Part shown: piece by piece, positions 1 to 8,507 of the stretch
Layout: every line of letters starts with the position of its first letter
Numbering within the stretch: the first letter of the stretch is position 1
From: Candidatus Omnitrophota bacterium
Lineage (GTDB): Bacteria > Omnitrophota > Gorgyraeia > JABMRG01 > JAFGKX01
NCBI GenBank assembly: GCA_020354945.1
Contig: CP070655.1
Coordinates: 202,297 to 222,086, forward strand
Direction of reading: 5' to 3'
DNA length: 19,790 bases
Translations under genes and position numbers: made by a program
Notes under the pieces: generated by a model
Databases searched by the model: none
Told to the model about the DNA's origin: nothing
What the model saw: the letters and a program-made list of their open reading frames with translations, nothing else

Positions 1-1010
1 CCATAACTGGCTCTATATTTTAATCTACCCAAAAGTTTTATTATCTCAGGGTGTAACCCGTGTATGTTTACATCAAAAGCAGCCTTTTCTCCTTCTTCTT
101 TTATGGTTATCTCCATCTCTTTTTTTACCTTATCCACTACTTCCTCTATCCGGCCAGGATGAATACGGCCATCCTCTATCAGCCTCTCTAAAGCAATTCT
201 TGCTATTTCCCTCCTGACCACATCAAAACAGGACAGGGTAACTGCCTCGGGGGTGTCATCAACTATAACATCAACTCCTGTGGCCATCTCTAAGGCCCGG
301 ATATTTCTTCCTTCCCGGCCTATGATACGCCCTTTCATTTCATCGTTGGGCAGACTGACTACGCTTACTGCTGATTCTACGGTATGCTCTGCTGCGCATC
401 TTTGCATAGCTAAACTTATTATATTGCGGGACTTTTTCTCGGCAGCTTCTTTTGTCTCTTCTTCAATCTGCCTTATAACCGCGCCTGCTTCTTGTCTTAC
501 CTCATTTTTTATTCTAGCCAGAAGTTCTTTCTTGGCGTCTTCAGTAGACATCCTTGTTATTCTTTGCAGCCTCTCCTTTTCTTCAATAAGAAGTTGCTCT
601 AAATTCCTTCGGTTTTTTTCTATCTGTCTTTCTCTATTAACTGTCAACTGCCCTATTTCGTTTATCCTTTTTTCTTTATCATCCAAAAGGTCTACCTTTC
701 TGTCTAAGCCTTCTGACCTTTCCATGAGTCTTTTCTCTAAAATCGCCGATTCTTTTCTTCTCTCTTTCGTTTCTGCTTCAAAATCAGACCTCATCTTAAG
801 CTTCATATCTCTGATTTCAAGTTCTGCTTCCTTGCGCATATTCTCTGCTTCTCTCCTGGATTGCTCTAAAATGGCTTTGGCCTTATCTCTGGAAGAGGTA
901 AGTTTCCTTTTGCCGCTATATTTGCTTATAACATAGCCTAAGAAAAATATAACCACCCCGGATATTGAAGCTATAAGAATAAGCGCAGAGGGGGTTAAGT
1001 TTTCTAACAT
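1..1010 (-). CDS. rny: Ribonuclease Y (5' part; runs off the window edge)
   Basis: Not in the ORF track; translated by hand from ATG at 1010 with SD GGAGGT about 7 nt upstream. It has an N-terminal TM segment (MLENLTPSALILIASISGVVIFFLGY), a coiled coil, and a KH domain (LPNDEMKGRIIGREGRNIRALEMATGVDVIVDDTPEAV), followed by DGRIHPGRIEE and LKYRASYG. Confidence 0.97.
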   Translation of the reverse strand, partial: MLENLTPSALILIASISGVVIFFLGYVISKYSGKRKLTSSRDKAKAILEQSRREAENMRKEAELEIRDMKLKMRSDFEAETKERRKESAILEKRLMERSEGLDRKVDLLDDKEKRINEIGQLTVNRERQIEKNRRNLEQLLIEEKERLQRITRMSTEDAKKELLARIKNEVRQEAGAVIRQIEEETKEAAEKKSRNIISLAMQRCAAEHTVESAVSVVSLPNDEMKGRIIGREGRNIRALEMATGVDVIVDDTPEAVTLSCFDVVRREIARIALERLIEDGRIHPGRIEEVVDKVKKEMEITIKEEGEKAAFDVNIHGLHPEIIKLLGRLKYRASY

Positions 1011-1031
1011 GATTGGTACCTCCGTTGCTTT

Positions 1032-1110
1032 AGTTATGAGTTCGGAGTTCGTAGTTTTTTGTCTATGAACTACGAACTTAAGGCTAACGAAGTTAGCCAT
1101 ACTCCGAACT
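1032..1110. repeat. Heptamer-periodic inverted repeat (AGTTCGN type) with a nested GAA-loop hairpin
   Basis: The left arm is AGTTATG AGTTCGG AGTTCGT AGTT. The right arm AACTACGAACT...ACTCCGAACT is interrupted by GGCTAAC-GAA-GTTAGCC (1082-1098). Confidence 0.8.
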
Positions 1111-1113
1111 ATT

Positions 1114-1689
1114 CTAGGCGGAGATTATCTTTTTGACGGGAATATCCCAGGAGAGAGATGGAACTCTTCTTACTATCTGAAAGCCGAAAGCCAACCCTAT
1201 AGTAAGAACAGGCGGTGATATGGTCTTTAAGAAACTGTCATAATATCCTGCGCCGCGGCCTATGCGATTGCCTGATTTATCGAAGGCAACGCCGGGAACT
1301 ATTACTACATCTATATCTTCAACAGGCACAGGCCTTAGATATTCTTTTTTTGGCTGTTTTATCCTGAAAGGTCCTTCTTCAAATTCTTCTTCCGGGTTTT
1401 TAACCTCAGAAGGAGTTATTCCTTTCTCTCCGGCAGATATCACTGGGACTGCTATCCTCTTTTTTCCTTTTAGCGCTTCGGTTATCATGCTGCGGGTGTC
1501 GACCTCATCGTCTTTGGAAACATAAAACATAATGCACGAGCATGATTGAAAAGCGTTATCATTAAATAACTTTTTTTTAATCTCCGCACTCTTTATGGTT
1601 CTTTCAAAAGAGCTTTGAGAGCGTAGTTTACGCAATGTCTCCTTTCTGATTTTAGCTTTTTCTACAATTATTGCATTAAATTCTACCAT
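1114..1689 (-). CDS. ygfA: 5-formyltetrahydrofolate cyclo-ligase
   Basis: Motifs EVDT, IVPGVAFDKSGNRIGRGAGYYD and WDIPVKKII; canonical position upstream of rny. The exact start is uncertain. Confidence 0.95.
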   Translation of the reverse strand: MVEFNAIIVEKAKIRKETLRKLRSQSSFERTIKSAEIKKKLFNDNAFQSCSCIMFYVSKDDEVDTRSMITEALKGKKRIAVPVISAGEKGITPSEVKNPEEEFEEGPFRIKQPKKEYLRPVPVEDIDVVIVPGVAFDKSGNRIGRGAGYYDSFLKTISPPVLTIGLAFGFQIVRRVPSLSWDIPVKKIISA

Positions 1690-1708
1690 AACAAATTTTA
1701 AGGGTCAA
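1680..1708 (-). promoter_or_regulatory. Putative sigma70 promoter overlapping the ygfA ATG
   Basis: Minus strand TTGACC (1708-1703), 17-bp spacer, TAGAAT (1685-1680), with an extended -10 TG. Confidence 0.45.
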
Positions 1709-1745
1709 GGGAAAATTCCCCCCGTTAATCATTGATAATTTTATC

Positions 1746-1768
1746 GTAGGAGCCGCCTCCGGCGGCGA
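1746..1768 (+). repeat. GTAG-type REP-like palindrome
   Basis: GTAG-GA-GCCGCC-TCC-GGCGGC-GA: a GTAG tetranucleotide followed by a GC-rich hairpin, the architecture of GTAG-family REPs. Confidence 0.65.
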
Positions 1769-1812
1769 CTATTATCCACAGCCAGAGAATGTTCCTGCGC
1801 GGGATTTTCAAG

Positions 1813-2043
1813 CTATCTTTTAACCGTTGCCCTTATCTTAATTATCCTGAGCTCCTCTTTCATATCGTTAAGTTTTGAGATAATAAGTTGTTGGTTCTGG
1901 ATCACCTGCTGAAGCTGGGCAGATATATCCGGAATTTGCGTCGGGTTTTTCCCCTGTTGCGCATTAAGGGCTTTTGTCACCAAGAAAAAACTGCTAAATA
2001 TAATCAGTATTGCCAATAAATATGCAACTGTTTTTGTACTCAT
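1813..2043 (-). CDS. Small hypothetical protein with signal peptide/TM anchor and coiled coil
   Basis: Hydrophobic N-terminus with an ALNA-type cleavage site and a heptad-like Q/L/I C-terminus; ATGA overlap with the rarA stop. Confidence 0.75.
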   Translation of the reverse strand: MSTKTVAYLLAILIIFSSFFLVTKALNAQQGKNPTQIPDISAQLQQVIQNQQLIISKLNDMKEELRIIKIRATVKR

Positions 2044-3359
2044 GTTTTTCTTCCTCCAGGAATGCGCCGTTTCTCGAGGCGCTCCTTTATTTTTTTCTCA
2101 TATCCTATATCAGCGGGTTCATAATATTTGCGTCTTTCCGGGAGATAATCCTGCTCTACATAATGACCTTTGTAGGAATGGGCATATTTGTATCCTTCGC
2201 CGTGGCCCAGCCTTTTTGCGCCCGGATAATGGGAATCCTTAAGATGCGTAGGAACCTCCAAGGTTCTTCCCTTTTCAACGTCCTCCATAGCCTTCTCAAT
2301 GCCCATATAAGCAGCGTTGGATTTTGGTGCAGAGGCAATATAGACAGTTGCCTGGGCTAATGGTATGCGAGCTTCAGGCATGCCTACAAATTCTGATATC
2401 TGGAATGCAGCATTTGCCACAACCAGCGCCTGCGGGTCTGCATTTCCTACGTCTTCGGCAGCGCATATGACAATCCTGCGGGCGATAAATCTCGGGTCTT
2501 CTCCTGCATAAAGCATCTTTGCCAGCCAATATAAGGCTGCGTCGGGATCTGAACCCCGCATAGCTTTTATAAAGGCGCTTATTGTATCATAATGGGCATC
2601 TTCGCCTTTATCATAAAAAGGGGCCTTTTTCTGTATAGACTCCTCTGCCACCTTTAGGGTATAGTGTATAAATTTATCATTGCCCGCTTTGGTTGTTATC
2701 ACCCCCACCTCTAAGGCATTCAGTGCTTTTCTTGCGTCACCATCTGAAACCTCTGCTAAAAATTTGAGTGCCTCCGGGGCCATTTTTATCCTATATTTGC
2801 CCAGCCCCCTGTCTTTGTCATTAATAGCTCGCAATAATATCTTCTTTATATTCTCCTTTGACAACGGTTTTAACTCAAAAACCAATGAACGAGAAAGCAA
2901 AGGCGCAACTATAGAAAAAAATGGATTATGTGCCGTTGCCCCTATCAGTATAATATCGCCTTTTTCAACGTGGGGCATTAGCACATCCTGCTGGGCTTTA
3001 TTAAAGCGGTGTATCTCGTCGATAAAAAGGGTGGTCTTCTTTCCTGAAGCGTGGAGGCGATTTTTTGCTTTCTCGATAATATTGCGCATTTGAGCGACAT
3101 TAGAGGTTACTGCGTTTATTTCTTCAAAGTGGCCTTTGGTAATATTGCTGATTATAAAGGCAAGACAGTTCTTTCCTGCTCCTGGCGGGCCATAAAGTAT
3201 TAAAGAGGCTATTCTGTCCGCTTCTATGGCCCTGGATAAAAGTTTGTCTCTGCCGATAATATGGGCCTGCCCTACAAATTCATCCAGGGTAGGTGGACGC
3301 ATCCTTATTGCAAGGGGCAGCTTGGCGATGTCTTGTGTGGCTTTCTCGAATAGGTCCAT
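2040..3359 (-). CDS. rarA: Replication-associated recombination protein A (AAA+ ATPase, RarA/MgsA)
   Basis: Motifs PLAIRMRP, GPPGAGK, FIDEIHRFNKAQQD, SAFIKAMRGSDPDAALYWLA, EDVGNADP and YKYAH. Confidence 0.97.
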   Translation of the reverse strand: MDLFEKATQDIAKLPLAIRMRPPTLDEFVGQAHIIGRDKLLSRAIEADRIASLILYGPPGAGKNCLAFIISNITKGHFEEINAVTSNVAQMRNIIEKAKNRLHASGKKTTLFIDEIHRFNKAQQDVLMPHVEKGDIILIGATAHNPFFSIVAPLLSRSLVFELKPLSKENIKKILLRAINDKDRGLGKYRIKMAPEALKFLAEVSDGDARKALNALEVGVITTKAGNDKFIHYTLKVAEESIQKKAPFYDKGEDAHYDTISAFIKAMRGSDPDAALYWLAKMLYAGEDPRFIARRIVICAAEDVGNADPQALVVANAAFQISEFVGMPEARIPLAQATVYIASAPKSNAAYMGIEKAMEDVEKGRTLEVPTHLKDSHYPGAKRLGHGEGYKYAHSYKGHYVEQDYLPERRKYYEPADIGYEKKIKERLEKRRIPGGRKT

Positions 3360-3362
3360 GGG

Positions 3363-3422
3363 CAGTTATCAGTTGCCAGTTGTCAGTTACTGAAAACTGA
3401 TCGCTGAAAACTGAATACTGAA
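3363..3422. repeat. Heptamer-periodic inverted repeat (CAGTTNN / CTGANNA type)
   Basis: CAGTTAT CAGTTGC CAGTTGT CAGT-TA-CTGAAAA CTGATCG CTGAAAA CTGAATA CTGAA. Confidence 0.85.
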
Positions 3423-3428
3423 TTAAAA

Positions 3429-3612
3429 ATCCCCGCTACTGGCGTGGGGCTGGTTAACAACATAAGAACCCGTTTACCAGGTGGGCGCCTTCTTAAATGC
3501 TTCGGGTTTCTCCTTGTTGAAAGAGCATGCCGCTCCACATTCAAAGTTAGGCTCCCTATGTTGAAATGTTGGTTCTTGTTTCATCCAACCTACACGCACA
3601 CAGCAGGGACAT
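3429..3612 (-). ncRNA. ssrS: 6S RNA
   Basis: A ~184-nt rod-like fold on the minus strand: TCCCTGCTG/TAGCGGGGA, GCGTG/CACGC and AAGAACC/GGTTCTT helices, a central A/C-rich bubble, then AGGGAGC...GCGCCCACCT. It has its own sigma70 promoter and lies upstream of ygfA-rny, a typical ssrS neighbourhood. Confidence 0.9.
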
Positions 3613-3617
3613 TTTTG

Positions 3618-3646
3618 ATTATAACTCTGACATAATAGGAAAGCAA
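3618..3646 (-). promoter_or_regulatory. Sigma70 promoter of the 6S RNA
   Basis: TTGCTT (3646-3641), 17 bp, TATAAT (3623-3618); the predicted start (~3611-3612) matches the 5' end of the 6S stem. Confidence 0.8.
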
Positions 3647-3655
3647 GCAAAATCG

Positions 3656-4636
3656 TTATGCGAGGTGGGAATGGGGAATGAGATAATTCTGTACGTAATC
3701 GCGGACTGATTCCTCAAGGGGGGTTATGCTTTTATCATATCCAGCATTTCGAAGTTTTGATATATCGGCCTGGGTAAAATATTGATATCGCTCTTTCAGT
3801 TCTTCGGGCATATCGAAATATTCAATATCGGGCTTCTTGCCTAAGGCTTTAAATATTGCATTTGCCAATTCATTCCAGGGCTGCCCAATCCCTGAGCCTA
3901 CATTAAAAATGCCGTTTACTTCTAATCTATCCAAAAAGAACAAAGTCATATCTACTGCATCTTTAATATATAAGAAATCCCTTTTTTGCTCACCATCAGC
4001 GTATTCAGCCCGATAAGATTTAAAAAGGCGCATCTTGCCCGTAGCTTTTATCTGTTGGTATGCCTTTAATACAACGCTTCGCATTTCACCCTTATGATAT
4101 TCGTTGGGTCCGAATACATTAAAATATTTTAAACCTACTATTTTATCAAGCAGTTTATTATCTTTTGCCCATTTATCAAAAAGCTGTTTTGATTTGCCAT
4201 AAAGGTTTAGAGGTTTTAATCTATCTATTATCTGCTCAGAATCTGAATATCCTTTTGAACCATCGCCATAGGTTGCTGCGCTTGAAGCGTAAATAAAACG
4301 CACTTTATTGTTTAAGCAATACTTACAAAGCGTTTTTGTATATTCGTAGTTATTTTCCATTAAAAATTGCTCGTTTGTCTCGGTAGTATCAGAGCAGGCT
4401 CCCATGTGAATTACTGCTTCTGTTTTCTTCGTGGCCATGAGACCGCTCCTGCGAATCTTTTCAATGAATGGGTCTTTGTCTAGATAATCCTTGAGCTTAA
4501 GATGGCTTAGATTCTGCTTTTTCTCATCGGATAAATTGGCCTCATCAACAACGATTATATCTTTTCGGCCTTGCTTATTAAGTGCCCACACAAGAGCACT
4601 CCCGATAAAACCTGCTCCGCCTGTAACAACGATCAT
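3656..4636 (-). CDS. hldD: ADP-L-glycero-D-manno-heptose 6-epimerase
   Basis: Motifs MIVVTGGAGFIGS, HMGACSDTTE, YASSAATYG, YGKSK, KYFNVFGPNEYHKGEMRS and YQYFTQAD. Confidence 0.96.
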   Translation of the reverse strand: MIVVTGGAGFIGSALVWALNKQGRKDIIVVDEANLSDEKKQNLSHLKLKDYLDKDPFIEKIRRSGLMATKKTEAVIHMGACSDTTETNEQFLMENNYEYTKTLCKYCLNNKVRFIYASSAATYGDGSKGYSDSEQIIDRLKPLNLYGKSKQLFDKWAKDNKLLDKIVGLKYFNVFGPNEYHKGEMRSVVLKAYQQIKATGKMRLFKSYRAEYADGEQKRDFLYIKDAVDMTLFFLDRLEVNGIFNVGSGIGQPWNELANAIFKALGKKPDIEYFDMPEELKERYQYFTQADISKLRNAGYDKSITPLEESVRDYVQNYLIPHSHLA

Positions 4637-4663
4637 TTATATAGCCCTTTATTTATCGTAGAG

Positions 4664-6709
4664 TTATCGAATGGCAGCATTGAATTCTTGGGTGAGTTTT
4701 TTTCTGATTAAATCCTGGGCGGTTTCTATCTCTTGCTCTTTTAAGGTCCTATCTTTCGATTGGTAGGTTATTCTAACTAAAAGCCCTCTCTGGCCCTCAG
4801 GAACCGGTCTTGCTTTATATTCTTCTACTAATCTAACCTCTTTTATAATAAATCTTGCTGTATCTTTTATGGCCCTGTTAATACTCTCAAAGGGAATGTC
4901 ATTATTAACGGACATAGAAACATCTCTTTCTGAGATGGGATACCGGATGATAGTTTTCAAAAATTTTTCCAATCTGGCATTTTCAAACAAGACCCGGGTG
5001 TTTATTTCAGCGGCAAAAACTTGCGTTTTTATATCCGTTTTTGCCAGAATTTCAGTCTTTACCACGCCAACAATCCCGAGCATCTTATTATCGACTAAAA
5101 TTGCCATTGTCCCATCGGGTTCAAAGCTGGGATGTTGTGATTCTTCAAAATATATATCAATTCCTAGTTTTTCAAAAAGTGTTTTTAATATGCCCTTTAA
5201 ATAAAATATGTCCGTTCTTTGCGGTTTTCTTTTCCAGTCGCCTGCAGTATTACCGCATAATGCCAATGCCAAACTCGGGCTCTCCTGATAATCTCCGTCT
5301 TGCCTAAAATATATATTTGAAAATTCAAATAATTTTATATCCGGATTGCCCGTGTTTATGTTGTAATTTATAGCCCCAAGCATTCCAGGCAAAAGAGTAT
5401 TGCGCATAACCCCTTGTTGGTCGCTCAAAGGATTCCGGATGGAAATAGTATTTATGTCCGGGACATTCAATTTTCTAATATCATTTTTGCTTATAAGGCT
5501 GTATGTTAGTATCTCATCAAATCCCAAGCCGGCCAGGGCCTTGCGAACAAGATTGGTTATGCGCTTTCTTCTTTTAAAAGAGGGGGCTTCTTCTGTAATA
5601 ACCACCCTTGGTAATTTGGTAGGAATATTATCATATCCGTAAATCCTGGCTATCTCCTCTATCAAATCTGCCTCTCTTTTTATATCTGCCCTTCTAAAAG
5701 AAGGCACCACAACCTTCATTGTCCCTTTTGCGCCGGAAACCTTAAACCCGATAGGTGCTAAGCCGGATTTTATATCTGAATTAGATATTTTAGCCCCTAA
5801 TAGTAACTTGACTTTATGCGGTCTTAAATTTATAACACGGGTTTTTATTTCTTTTTTGCCGACATCGACTTTTTCTCTATGTGTTTTTCCTTTGGCGATT
5901 TCACATATCAAACAGGTTGCCCGGTCTGATGCATCTATAATTTTCGAGGAGTCTATCCCTCTCTCAAATCTATAGCTTGAGTCGCTGCTTAAACCTAAAT
6001 AGCGGGATGAGCGCCTTATAGAAGTTGGGTCAAAGCACGCAGCTTCTAATAATATTCTCTTGGTAGATGGGCCAACCTCCGTATTTAATCCGCCCATAAT
6101 GCCTGCTATTGCTACCGGCGTCTTGGCATCAGCTATAACCAGAATATCGCCTTTTAATCTTACTTTTGTTCCGTCAATGGTAGTTATTTCCTCGCCATCT
6201 TTAGCCAATCTTATAATTATTTTATTGGCGATTAGTTTATCGTAATCAAAGGCATGCAAGGGTTGGCCTGTCTCGTGAAGGATAAAATTGGTTATATCCA
6301 CGATATTGTTTACAGGACGGACGCCTACCGATTCTATTCTTTTAATCAGCCATTTTGGCGATGGGGCTACTTTAACATCGGCAATCAACCGGGCTGTATA
6401 GCGTGGGCACAATTTTGCCTTTCTTAAAACAACTTCTGGGATAGGCACTCCCTTAGCAAAGTAAGGGGCCAGATTAAAGGAAGGAAGCTTTAATCTTTTT
6501 TTAGTTATAGCTGAGGCCTCTCTGGCAATACCGACGTGGCAAAGGCAATCGGAACGATTAGGAGTTACCTCTATGCCAAATATAAAGTCACCGGCTTTTT
6601 CTTCTATGGAAGTAACTTCTAATCCGTTCATGGTAAGTTTCTGGGCAAGGTTTTTTGCCTTTATTTTTGTGGGCACATATTCTCTGAGCCACTCGTATGA
6701 TATCTTCAT
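4664..6709 (-). CDS. pheT: Phenylalanine--tRNA ligase beta subunit (short form lacking the B2 OB-fold)
   Basis: MKISYEWLREYV, EVTPNRSDCL, B3/4 (NNIVDITN, GQPLHAFD, SSYRFERG), B5 (DLIEEIARIYGY) and a C-terminal FDX-ACB domain. Confidence 0.97.
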   Translation of the reverse strand: MKISYEWLREYVPTKIKAKNLAQKLTMNGLEVTSIEEKAGDFIFGIEVTPNRSDCLCHVGIAREASAITKKRLKLPSFNLAPYFAKGVPIPEVVLRKAKLCPRYTARLIADVKVAPSPKWLIKRIESVGVRPVNNIVDITNFILHETGQPLHAFDYDKLIANKIIIRLAKDGEEITTIDGTKVRLKGDILVIADAKTPVAIAGIMGGLNTEVGPSTKRILLEAACFDPTSIRRSSRYLGLSSDSSYRFERGIDSSKIIDASDRATCLICEIAKGKTHREKVDVGKKEIKTRVINLRPHKVKLLLGAKISNSDIKSGLAPIGFKVSGAKGTMKVVVPSFRRADIKREADLIEEIARIYGYDNIPTKLPRVVITEEAPSFKRRKRITNLVRKALAGLGFDEILTYSLISKNDIRKLNVPDINTISIRNPLSDQQGVMRNTLLPGMLGAINYNINTGNPDIKLFEFSNIYFRQDGDYQESPSLALALCGNTAGDWKRKPQRTDIFYLKGILKTLFEKLGIDIYFEESQHPSFEPDGTMAILVDNKMLGIVGVVKTEILAKTDIKTQVFAAEINTRVLFENARLEKFLKTIIRYPISERDVSMSVNNDIPFESINRAIKDTARFIIKEVRLVEEYKARPVPEGQRGLLVRITYQSKDRTLKEQEIETAQDLIRKKLTQEFNAAIR

Positions 6710-6713
6710 GATT

Positions 6714-6774
6714 CAGTTTTTAGTTCTCAGTCTTCAGTTTTGAAATATGTCTGATAACTGACAATTGGCCACTG
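6714..6774. repeat. Heptamer-periodic inverted repeat (CAG/CTG type)
   Basis: CAGTTTT TAGTTCT CAGTCTT CAGTTTT ... CTGATAA CTGACAA TTGGCCA CTG; fills the pheS-pheT gap. Confidence 0.8.
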
Positions 6775-6775
6775 C

Positions 6776-7786
6776 CTAAAATTGCTCCAGGAACCTTACA
6801 TCGTTTTCGAAAAAAAGCCGGATATCATTGATGCCATATTTAAGCATGGCAATTCTTTCAACGCCCATGCCGAATGCAAATCCGGTGAATTTCTCATCAG
6901 TTAAATTTACTGCTTTAAAAACAGCCGGGTCTACCATCCCCGCTCCCAGTATCTCAAGCCACCCTTTCTGAGAACACACCCTGCAACCTTTTCCTTTGCA
7001 TATAATACAAGAGACGTCAACTTCAGCGCTGGGCTCTGTAAACGGAAAAAAATGCGGCCTGAATCGCAATCTTATCTCCTCGCCGAAAAGCTGTCTGCCA
7101 AAGTCCAAAAGAACCCCCTTTAGGTGCGCGAAGCTAATTCCTTCTGCTATCATTAATCCTTCCACCTGATGAAACATAAAACTATGGGAGGCATCAACCG
7201 CATCCGGCCTGAATACTTTCCCTGGTACAACTATTGCAAAAGGCGGGGAGTGTTTTTTCATATATCTTATCTGCACCGGGGAGGTATGGCTTCTTAAAAG
7301 CAGATTATCCCTTATGTAAAATGTATCAAATATGTCTCTGGAGGGATGTTCAAGGGGGATATTTAAGGCTTCAAAATTATTATATTCTGTCTCAATCTCA
7401 GGCCCTTCTACAACTGCAAAACCCATCCGCGTGAAAATCTCACAAATTTCATTTAGGGCCCGGGTGATTGGATGAATATGCCCGATTTGGAAACTATAGC
7501 CGGGCATAGTAAGATCCATCCTTTCTGCGGGCGGCACCTTTAGTTGAATAATCTCATTTTTCTTTTTGGCAATCTCTTCTATGAGCAGCTGTTTAATCTC
7601 GTTAGCCAGCCTTCCCATAGTCGGTTTTTCTTCTTGGGGCATGGAAGGAATCCGGCTAATTATCCCGGCCATTTCTCCCTTTCTGCCAAGATATTTAATC
7701 CTGACGTTTTCCAACTCGTCTTTTGTCCTGGCATTCTTTATCTCTGATAAGGCGGCTTCTTTTGTGTTATCAAGTTCCTCTTTCAT
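6776..7786 (-). CDS. pheS: Phenylalanine--tRNA ligase alpha subunit
   Basis: Motifs HPSRDIFDTFY, LRSHTSPVQIR, FHQVEGL, FPFTEPSAEVD, a CxxC-CxxC insert and GFAFGMGVERIAM. Confidence 0.98.
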   Translation of the reverse strand: MKEELDNTKEAALSEIKNARTKDELENVRIKYLGRKGEMAGIISRIPSMPQEEKPTMGRLANEIKQLLIEEIAKKKNEIIQLKVPPAERMDLTMPGYSFQIGHIHPITRALNEICEIFTRMGFAVVEGPEIETEYNNFEALNIPLEHPSRDIFDTFYIRDNLLLRSHTSPVQIRYMKKHSPPFAIVVPGKVFRPDAVDASHSFMFHQVEGLMIAEGISFAHLKGVLLDFGRQLFGEEIRLRFRPHFFPFTEPSAEVDVSCIICKGKGCRVCSQKGWLEILGAGMVDPAVFKAVNLTDEKFTGFAFGMGVERIAMLKYGINDIRLFFENDVRFLEQF

Positions 7787-7790
7787 GATT

Positions 7791-7818
7791 AAAAAGTCGT
7801 GCCTGGCACGATTTTTTT
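7791..7818. repeat. Short palindrome TCGTGCC-T-GGCACGA with A/T flanks (REP-like or terminator-like)
   Basis: AAAAAG TCGTGCC T GGCACGA TTTTTTT fills the ktrA-pheS gap. Confidence 0.6.
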
Positions 7819-8483
7819 TATTCCTTCTTCTTCAGTTTTTCTATATCCTCATTTGCCCCTGCTACTAAAAGCATATCTCCTTCCCGGATTTTTTCCTCGG
7901 CAAGAGGGACAACATTAACCGTTTCTTTACCTTTTTCATCCTTGCGTCTTATAGCAACAACGTTTAAGTGGTGTTTTGTTCTTACGTTTAGTTGTTTTAA
8001 GTTCTTGTCCACAAAATCCTTTCGCGCAGCTAGTTCAATTATGCCGCATTTATCGGATAATTGAAGATAATCTGCTACTTTTGGACAGGTAAGTGCACTA
8101 GCCAATCTTTCGCCCATGTCCCGTTCAGGAAAAATGATTCTATCCACACCTATTTTCCCAAGCACCTTGCCTTGCTGCGGTGTAACTGCCTTTGCAATTA
8201 CCTCTTTTATGCCTATCTCTTTTAATAGTAATGCTATCAAAATGCTGGCTTCGATGTTATCGCCCACGCTTACTATTGCTACATCAACCTGTTCTATCCC
8301 TACCGCCTTAAGTGCCTTTTCATCAGTGGCATCAAGACAAACAGCCTGGGTTACTGCCTCTGAGATATCCTGGATTTTATCTTCCTCTTTATCTACCGCA
8401 AGCACTTGGCAATCTTTCCGGGCCAGAGTCTTTGCTATGCTCGAACCGAACCGGCCCAATCCTATTACAGCAAATTGTCTCAT
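7818..8483 (-). CDS. ktrA: Ktr/Trk K+ uptake regulatory subunit (RCK_N + RCK_C)
   Basis: Rossmann motif VIGLGRFG, IGVDRIIFPERDMG and a C-terminal TrkA_C domain; SD AAGGAG. Confidence 0.93.
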   Translation of the reverse strand: MRQFAVIGLGRFGSSIAKTLARKDCQVLAVDKEEDKIQDISEAVTQAVCLDATDEKALKAVGIEQVDVAIVSVGDNIEASILIALLLKEIGIKEVIAKAVTPQQGKVLGKIGVDRIIFPERDMGERLASALTCPKVADYLQLSDKCGIIELAARKDFVDKNLKQLNVRTKHHLNVVAIRRKDEKGKETVNVVPLAEEKIREGDMLLVAGANEDIEKLKKKE

Positions 8484-8507
8484 TTTATGACTCCTTGTTT
8501 AAATGTT

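Noticed and set aside
253-936. 227-aa plus-strand ORF
   Set aside because: Antisense shadow of the rny coiled-coil region, with the S/L/F-rich composition expected from the reverse complement of E/K-rich codons.
3444-3635. 63-aa plus-strand ORF
   Set aside because: Antisense to the 6S RNA and its promoter.
7787-7817. T-box or pheM-type attenuator upstream of pheS
   Set aside because: The gap is only ~30 bp, with no T-box motif or Phe-rich leader peptide.
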